In this document: in pieces, positions 58,063 through 64,000 of the stretch
Layout of the letters: each line of letters starts with the position of its first letter
Position numbering within the stretch: position 1 is the first letter of the stretch
Assembly (NCBI RefSeq): GCF_039541115.1
Contig: NZ_BAABFP010000004.1
Coordinates: 434,001 to 498,000 of the forward strand
Reading direction: 5' to 3'
Length of the DNA stretch: 64,000 nt
Origin: Angustibacter luteus
GTDB taxonomy: Bacteria; Actinomycetota; Actinomycetes; Actinomycetales; Angustibacteraceae
The notes under the pieces: model-generated
Seen by the model: the letters and a program-made list of their open reading frames with translations, nothing else
Told to the model about the DNA's origin: nothing
The model's database searches: none
Made by a program: the position numbers and the translations under genes

Positions 58063-60252
58063 TCACAGGTCCAGGACGAGTGGTTCCGACGACGCCGCGC
58101 GCGAGACGCAGATCATCATCCGCTCGTTGGCACGTCGTTGACGGGGGGTCAGGAGGACGTCGCGGTGGTCCACGGCGCCGCCCAGCACGCGGGTCTCGCA
58201 GGTGCCGCAGTTGCCCTCGCGGCACACGTTGGGGATCGGCAGCCCCTTCTCCTCCAGGACGTCGAGGATGGTCCGGTCGGCGGGCACGTCCAGGGTCAGG
58301 CCCGTGCGCGACAGGGTGACCTGGAACGGCCCGTCGTCCTCACGGTGCGCCTCGCCCGCCGCGAACCGCTCGACCACCAGGGGGAGCCCGGTGCTCTCGG
58401 CGTGCTGCTCGAGGGCGCTCACCATGCGTTCCGGGCCGCAGGCGTGCATGGTGGCGCCGGCCCCCAGGGCCTGCGTGGCGAGCTGCTCCAGGTCGGCTCG
58501 CGACCCCTCGTCACCCACGTGCACGTGCACCCGGTCGCCGTACGTCGCGAGCTCCTCGAGGAACGCCATCCCGGTTCGGCGACGGCCGCAGTAGTCCAGC
58601 CGGAACGGCGTTCCCTGCCGGTGCAGCTGACGCATCATCGGCAGCAGCGGAGTGATGCCGATCCCGCCGGCCACGAACCGGTGCTCGGCGGCTGCCGCGA
58701 GGGGGAAGGTGTTGCGCGGGCCACCCACCTGGACGTGCATGCCCGGGCGCAGCTGCTCGTGGACGAACGTCGAGACGCCGCGGCTGTCCGGCTCGCGCAG
58801 GACGGCGATCCGCCAGCTGGTGCGGTCCGCGGGGTCGGAGCACAGCGAGTAGTGGCCGGCGTGGTCGGCGACCACCCACAGGTCGAGGTGGGCGCCCGGC
58901 TCCCACGGCGGCAGCTCCGCTCCGTCCGGGTCGACGAGCTCCACCGAGACCACGTCCTCGGCCTCGAGGCGCAGGGCCCGGACCTGCATCAGCCGGGTGT
59001 CGGAGTGGCCGGCCTCGACCACCGGCGTGCGCAGGGACACGACGGGCCGCTCGCCCGGCGGATCCCACTGCACGGGAAGGGACTTGGGGGCTCGGAAGAC
59101 CCAACCGGTGACCCGTTCCGGCTGCCGGGGGTCGGCCCGCAGCCCCGGCAGGGCCGCCAGCAGCTCCTCGAACATGATGCGCTGCACCTGCCGGGCGAAG
59201 AAGTGGCCGGCGCAGAAGTGCTCGCCGTTCCCGAAGGCCTGGTGGGTGCGGCTGCTGCGGTCCAGGTCGAAGACGTCGGGGTCGTCGAAGCGGGTCTCGT
59301 CCCGGTTCGCCGAGCCCAGGATGGTCATCACGATGTCGCCCGCGGGGATCTGGACCCCGGCGATCGTGACGTCGGCGCTCGCCTGCCGCTCGACCGCCCC
59401 GATCGGGGCGATCCAGCGCAGGCCCTCGTGCACCGCCAACGGGATGTAGGCCTCGGGGTCCGCGTAGGTGAGGGCGAGCTGGTCCGGCCGGGAGAACAGG
59501 CCGTGCAGGGTGCTGCCCGCAGCGTGGCCGGGCTCCTGCATCCCGCCGAGCAGGATCACCTTGAGCGAGGGCAGGATCAGCTCGAGGGAGCGCGGCTCAC
59601 CGTCCTCGCGCCCGGTCCAGATCATGTGCGAGAGCATCGAGTGGTCGGGGTGCCGGCGCAGGTGCTCCAGGTGCGGTCGGACGACGGACTCGATCTCGGC
59701 GCTGGCCCGGTCGGCGACGGCGAAGCTCTCGGGGTCCAGGCCGAAGTTGGAGACCCCGAGGTTGAGGTCGGCGAACCAGCGGCGGAGCGTCGCGGCGTCC
59801 ACCAGCCCCTCCAGGCCCATCACCTGCCGCAGCGCCTCGACGCTGACCGGCTCGAAGTACGCGGACATCAGCTCCGCCTCGGTGCGGCCGGCCAGCTCGG
59901 CCAGGTAGTGCTTGGCGACGGGTCGCACCAGGGCGTCGATCATCTGGTGCACGGGCCCGGGCTGCAGGGGCGGGTCGACGCCGCGGCGCAGGTCCGCGTG
60001 CTCCTCGCCGCCCGAGGTGAGGACGTTGGGGGCGCCGAACACCCGCTGCAGGGTGGGGTGGCTGGTGGCCCCGGCGAAGCCGTGCTTTCCGGTGCCGATC
60101 TCGGCGCACTCCTCGAACCGGGTGGCGAACCAGACGCCGGCGGCCGGGATCCACGCGACGGGCGCCTCCCGGCGCAGCCGGGCGTACGTCGGATAGGGGT
60201 CGTCCTCGAGCTGCTCGAGGGTGATCTCCGTCAGGAAAGCCGTGTCCGCCAT
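58063..60252 (-). CDS. Self-sufficient cytochrome P450 (GcoA/CYP255-like heme domain) fused to a PDR-type reductase
   Basis: LGGMQEPGH, EGLR, FGNGEHFCAG; then YSLC, GGIGITP, ACGP, CREGNCGTC..CVS in one ORF. Confidence 0.9.
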   Translation of the reverse strand: MADTAFLTEITLEQLEDDPYPTYARLRREAPVAWIPAAGVWFATRFEECAEIGTGKHGFAGATSHPTLQRVFGAPNVLTSGGEEHADLRRGVDPPLQPGPVHQMIDALVRPVAKHYLAELAGRTEAELMSAYFEPVSVEALRQVMGLEGLVDAATLRRWFADLNLGVSNFGLDPESFAVADRASAEIESVVRPHLEHLRRHPDHSMLSHMIWTGREDGEPRSLELILPSLKVILLGGMQEPGHAAGSTLHGLFSRPDQLALTYADPEAYIPLAVHEGLRWIAPIGAVERQASADVTIAGVQIPAGDIVMTILGSANRDETRFDDPDVFDLDRSSRTHQAFGNGEHFCAGHFFARQVQRIMFEELLAALPGLRADPRQPERVTGWVFRAPKSLPVQWDPPGERPVVSLRTPVVEAGHSDTRLMQVRALRLEAEDVVSVELVDPDGAELPPWEPGAHLDLWVVADHAGHYSLCSDPADRTSWRIAVLREPDSRGVSTFVHEQLRPGMHVQVGGPRNTFPLAAAAEHRFVAGGIGITPLLPMMRQLHRQGTPFRLDYCGRRRTGMAFLEELATYGDRVHVHVGDEGSRADLEQLATQALGAGATMHACGPERMVSALEQHAESTGLPLVVERFAAGEAHREDDGPFQVTLSRTGLTLDVPADRTILDVLEEKGLPIPNVCREGNCGTCETRVLGGAVDHRDVLLTPRQRRANERMMICVSRAASSEPLVLDL

Positions 60253-60323
60253 CGTTGGTCCCTTCGCCGACGGCCACTATAACAGGGCGGTCGTTCGATT
60301 TATCGGAACACTCGACGGCGACC

Positions 60324-60890
60324 TCAGGCGTCCCGGTCGGGGTAGAGGGCGACGACCCAGACGGCGGCCGGCTTGCCCTTGACCGCCTGCCAGACATGCG
60401 GTCCGTCGGCGGGGTAGGTGGCGTAGTCGCCGGCCGAGACCACGGCGCTGGACTCCTCCGGCCCGAGCCGGGCGCTGCCGCTCACCACCAGGACGTGCTC
60501 GCGGGCCCCCGGTCCGTGGCCGGCCGACACCTCCGAGTGCCCGCGCTTCAAGGTCAGCGAGTGGAACTCCAGGAGCGAGGCCTGGACGGTCGTCGACTGC
60601 ACCAGGAACCCGGCGATCGCGTCGTCGGAGATGTCGGTGCCGGAACCGCGTGGCACGACGAGCACTTCCCGGCTGGCTGCCGCGGCGGTGATCAGCTCCG
60701 GCACGGACGACGACAGCGCCCCGCCCAGTGCGGTCAACGTCCCCAGCGTCGGGTTGGCCGAGCCGGCCTCGATCTGCGACAGCGTCGACTTGGCGACCCC
60801 GGAGCGGGCGGACAGCTGCGCCAGGCTCAGACCTCGAGCCTGGCGCAGCCGCTTGATGTTGTCGGCGACGTTCGCCGTCAAGTCGTCCAT
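60324..60890 (-). CDS. XRE-cupin transcriptional regulator
   Basis: LSLAQLSARSGVAKSTLSQIE..ANPT; HGPGAREH cupin. Confidence 0.9.
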   Translation of the reverse strand: MDDLTANVADNIKRLRQARGLSLAQLSARSGVAKSTLSQIEAGSANPTLGTLTALGGALSSSVPELITAAAASREVLVVPRGSGTDISDDAIAGFLVQSTTVQASLLEFHSLTLKRGHSEVSAGHGPGAREHVLVVSGSARLGPEESSAVVSAGDYATYPADGPHVWQAVKGKPAAVWVVALYPDRDA

Positions 60891-60924
60891 GGGCCGTGAG
60901 TATGGCCCAGGTGGGGGCGAGTCC

Positions 60925-62454
60925 CTAGCCCACGGCCTCCGTCGGGCGCTCGCCGACGGCCGTGCCGTCGTCCGAGCGGTTGCGGCCCATCTGGGCGTAC
61001 ATCTGCGGCGCGACGGACTTCAACCGCAGGGCGGCGCCGAGCCCGACGACCGCCGCGACGACGATCAGGGCGGGCAGGATCCACCGCAGGGAGCTCTCCG
61101 GGTTGCCGAGCAGCAGGCCGAACTTGGCCGCCGCGTAGACCGCGACCAGCCCCATGCCGATCCCGCCGATCGCCGGTGCGATCACGGTGCGCCACAGGTT
61201 CGAGTCGAGGCCACGGTTGGCCGCGAAGAAGGCGATCACCGCGAAGGACGACAGCGACATCAGCACGAGGATGGCCAGCGTGCCGAGGTTCGTCAGCCAG
61301 GTGAACAGCTCCAGCACCGGGTCCTTGTCGGCCAGGACGAACACCAGCACCACGACGAACGCCAGCGTGGTCTGCGCCAGGGACCCCACGTGCGGGCTCT
61401 GGTGCTTGGGGTGGGTGCGGCCCAGCACGCTGGGGACCAGGCCCTCGCGCCCCAGGGCGAACAGGTAGCGGGCCACGGCGTTGTGGAACGCGAGCAGCGC
61501 GGCGAACACGCTGGAGACGAAGAGCAGGGACATGAGGGTGGTCAGGCTCGAGCCCATGTAGGTGTCGCCGAGGACGAACAGGAACGCGGTGGGGTCGGGC
61601 TTGAGCCCGCCCAGGAAGTCCTGCAGCCCCACGGCACCCTGGCCGTTGACCATCAGCCACGTGGTCACGGTGTAGAAGAGGCCGATCGTCAGCACGGCGA
61701 CGTACGTGGCGCGCGGCACCGTGCGCTTGGGGTCCTTGGCCTCCTCGCTGTACAGCGTGGTGGCCTCGAACCCGATGAAGGCGGCGAAGTTGAACAGCAG
61801 CGCGATGGTGATCGAGCCGGAGGTGAAGCTGTCCCAGCTGAAGGGGCTCAACGAGATGCCGGACTTGCCGCCTTCGCCACCCTTGACCAGGATCATCAGG
61901 TCGAGGATCAGCACGATCAGGAACTCGAGCGTCACCAGGACGACGAGCACCTTGACCGACAGGTCGACCTGCCGGTAGCCGCAGAGCCCGACGATCGCCA
62001 TGGCGATGAAGACGTAGACGTACCAGGCCATGTCGATGCCGAGGTGGTCGCTGGCGAAGCCCGCTGCCGCGGCGCCGAACAGGCCGTAGAGACCGATCGA
62101 CATGCAGTTGTAGCCGAGCACCGCGATGATCGCGGACGCGCCGCCCGTCGGCTGCTTGAGGCCGCGGGTGATGTAGCTGTAGAACGCGCCGGTGCTGGTG
62201 TGGTGACGAGCCATCGTGGTGTAGCCGACGGAGAAGATCAGGAGCAGGACGCTGACCACGACGTAGGCCGCGGGGATGCCGGCGCCGTTGCCGTAGAGCA
62301 TCGCGACGGGCGCCCCGCCGGCCATGGCGGTGAGCGGGGCGGCGGCGGAGACGACGAAGAACGCGATGCCCAGGACGCCGAGCGTCCCTCGTCGCAGCTT
62401 CTGCGAGTCCCTCTTCTCGATCTCACCCTGGGCCGAACTGGACTGGTGACTCAT
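60925..62454 (-). CDS. APC family permease
   Basis: SAAAPL, GAFYSYI, FIGFEATTLYSEE.KDPKRTVPRA. Confidence 0.9.
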   Translation of the reverse strand: MSHQSSSAQGEIEKRDSQKLRRGTLGVLGIAFFVVSAAAPLTAMAGGAPVAMLYGNGAGIPAAYVVVSVLLLIFSVGYTTMARHHTSTGAFYSYITRGLKQPTGGASAIIAVLGYNCMSIGLYGLFGAAAAGFASDHLGIDMAWYVYVFIAMAIVGLCGYRQVDLSVKVLVVLVTLEFLIVLILDLMILVKGGEGGKSGISLSPFSWDSFTSGSITIALLFNFAAFIGFEATTLYSEEAKDPKRTVPRATYVAVLTIGLFYTVTTWLMVNGQGAVGLQDFLGGLKPDPTAFLFVLGDTYMGSSLTTLMSLLFVSSVFAALLAFHNAVARYLFALGREGLVPSVLGRTHPKHQSPHVGSLAQTTLAFVVVLVFVLADKDPVLELFTWLTNLGTLAILVLMSLSSFAVIAFFAANRGLDSNLWRTVIAPAIGGIGMGLVAVYAAAKFGLLLGNPESSLRWILPALIVVAAVVGLGAALRLKSVAPQMYAQMGRNRSDDGTAVGERPTEAVG

Positions 62455-62613
62455 GTGGGCTCCTTGGAGGCTCCGCCAGAGGGTCCGGCGGCCGACACTG
62501 CTGGATCTTTCACGACGACGACTGTATATTTCGCGAAACGCAGCGATCGGTCAAGAGGTTCGGCCCAAGTGGTTCTTGCGGCGGCCCCGATCGACCACAG
62601 ACGAGGAGCGGGC

Positions 62614-63222
62614 ATGATCGACGAGGACGTCCTGCCGGGCAGGAAGCTTGCAGTGAGCCACTTCGGGCTGAGTTGTCTGGACTTCCCCCTGATGCTCGAC
62701 TTCTACACCCGGGTGCTCGGACTGACCCAGAGCGACGGTGGCGAGATCGAGTCCGGCGGGGGCACCGACCTGGCGTTCCTCACGACGGACCCGCGCGAGC
62801 ACCACCAGCTCGTGCTGGCGTCCGGCCGCCGCGACCAGGTGGTCGAGACCAGCTCGGTGGTCGGCGGCAGCATCGGGTCGAACGTCTTCCAGGTGTCGTT
62901 CCGGGTCCGCGACCTCGACACGCTGCGCGGCATCACCCGCCGCCTCGCCGAGGCGGGTCGTACCGACCAGAACGCGATCAGCCACGGCAACGCGTGGTCG
63001 CTGTACGTGCGTGACCCCGAGGGCAACGCGCTCGAGTTCTTCGTCGACGCGCCGTGGTACGTCGCCCAGCCCTGCGCTGAGCCGCTGGACCTGTCCAAGT
63101 CGGACGAGGACATCCTCGCCGAGACCTCCGCCTACTGCCTGGCCCAGCCCGAGGTGCTGCCCTACGAGGAGTGGGTGCGCCAGACCGGCGAGAAGATCGT
63201 CGCCGACCAGGCGAAGCTGTAA
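62614..63222 (+). CDS. VOC/glyoxalase family protein
   Basis: SHFGL, EHHQLVL, HGNAWSLY.RDPEGNALE; GAGGAG RBS before ATG 62614. Confidence 0.85.
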   Translation: MIDEDVLPGRKLAVSHFGLSCLDFPLMLDFYTRVLGLTQSDGGEIESGGGTDLAFLTTDPREHHQLVLASGRRDQVVETSSVVGGSIGSNVFQVSFRVRDLDTLRGITRRLAEAGRTDQNAISHGNAWSLYVRDPEGNALEFFVDAPWYVAQPCAEPLDLSKSDEDILAETSAYCLAQPEVLPYEEWVRQTGEKIVADQAKL

Positions 63223-63226
63223 CCGG

Positions 63227-63997
63227 GTGTCAGCGCAGGCGCGAGACGTCCGACCGGGTGCCCTGGCGCGCCGGCTCGGTGAGGAGCCGCCGCTCATCGG
63301 GACGTTCTCCATCCTGGACGACTCGGTCGCGGCGCAGTCGTTGGCCCGCAGCGGTTTCGACTTCGTGCTCGTCGACCTCCAGCACGGCCTGTCCGACCTG
63401 AGCCGGATGGTCCCGCTGCTGCAGGGCATCGAGGCTGGCGGAGCGATCCCGCTGGTGCGCGTGCCGTCGCTGTCGCCGACCGAGATCGGCACGGCGCTGG
63501 ATCGCGGCGCGCACGGGGTCGTCGTCCCCATGATCGAGTCGTCGGCCCAGGCGGCGGCCAGTGTCGCCGCGTGCCGGTACCCACCCGCGGGCGAGCGCAG
63601 CTACGGCCCGTACCTGGTGCGCACCGACGGCTTCTCGGACGCCGCCCCGCCGCCGTGCTTCGTGATGGTCGAGTCGGCCGCGGCGCTGGCCGCGATCGAC
63701 GAGATCGTCGCGGTGCCAGGGCTGTTCGGCGTCTACGTGGGCCCCTCCGACCTGGCGATCAGCCTCGGTCTGGGCGCCGACTACGACGTCGCCGATCCTC
63801 GGCACGACGACGCGGTCGCCGCGATCGGGACGGCGTGCCGGAGCGCCGGGGTGGTCAGTGCCATCCACACGTCGAGCGCGGCGGAGGCGCAGCACCGGAT
63901 CGCGCAGGGGTTCACGATGGTCAGCGTTCGCAGCGACCTGGCCCTGCTCGGTTCCGCGGGCACGGTCCTCCTCGCCAGCACTACGCTGCATCCGTGA
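63227..63997 (+). CDS. HpcH/HpaI aldolase family protein
   Basis: DFVLVDLQHG, LDRGA.GVVVPM, RYPP.G.RS, MVES, VGPSDL. Confidence 0.9.
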   Translation: MSAQARDVRPGALARRLGEEPPLIGTFSILDDSVAAQSLARSGFDFVLVDLQHGLSDLSRMVPLLQGIEAGGAIPLVRVPSLSPTEIGTALDRGAHGVVVPMIESSAQAAASVAACRYPPAGERSYGPYLVRTDGFSDAAPPPCFVMVESAAALAAIDEIVAVPGLFGVYVGPSDLAISLGLGADYDVADPRHDDAVAAIGTACRSAGVVSAIHTSSAAEAQHRIAQGFTMVSVRSDLALLGSAGTVLLASTTLHP

Positions 63998-64000
63998 CGG

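Noticed and set aside
47327..60282. Long alternative ORFs (47327-49108, 48675-50021, 51906-54050, 54260-55639, 57712-60282)
   Set aside because: Antisense to well-supported genes and motif-free; expected artefacts of high GC codon bias.
60631..63222. 863-aa plus-strand protein
   Set aside because: Most of it is antisense shadow of the APC permease; only the part from ATG 62614 (own RBS, VOC motifs) is credible.

Overview
High-GC actinobacterial DNA in two compositionally different halves. Left (1 to ~36.6 kb, visibly less GC-biased): the right arm of an integrative, mobilizable island that ends at a displaced 3' half of tRNA-Arg(ACG) at 36600-36643. Its cargo is aromatic/organic-acid catabolism: DUF3500, scoAB, hppD, two flavoprotein monooxygenases, a Liv-type ABC transporter, malate synthase G, a CoA transferase and an acyl-CoA dehydrogenase. 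Next comes an array of four small unrelated genes, each bracketed by direct copies of a 10-6-10 pseudo-palindromic site that resembles a tyrosine-recombinase core site. The mobility module follows: relaxase, C-protein-like XRE with a C-box-like operator, DUF2637, MobC, and an HTH initiator-like gene with internal repeats. Right (~36.7-64 kb): TMEM175, a GH15 glucoamylase, a GGDEF protein, a deletion scar, and a large aromatic(-amine) catabolic region. That region holds a meta-cleavage operon, a GS-like ligase, a P450, a Rieske protein lacking key ligands, a PDR reductase, MarR with a shared 18-bp operator, and a GcoA-like P450 naturally fused to a PDR reductase. A DUF559/Vsr-like nuclease gene bounded by inverted arrays of a 20-bp repeat interrupts it. 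All family calls come from motif recognition by eye; no searches were run.
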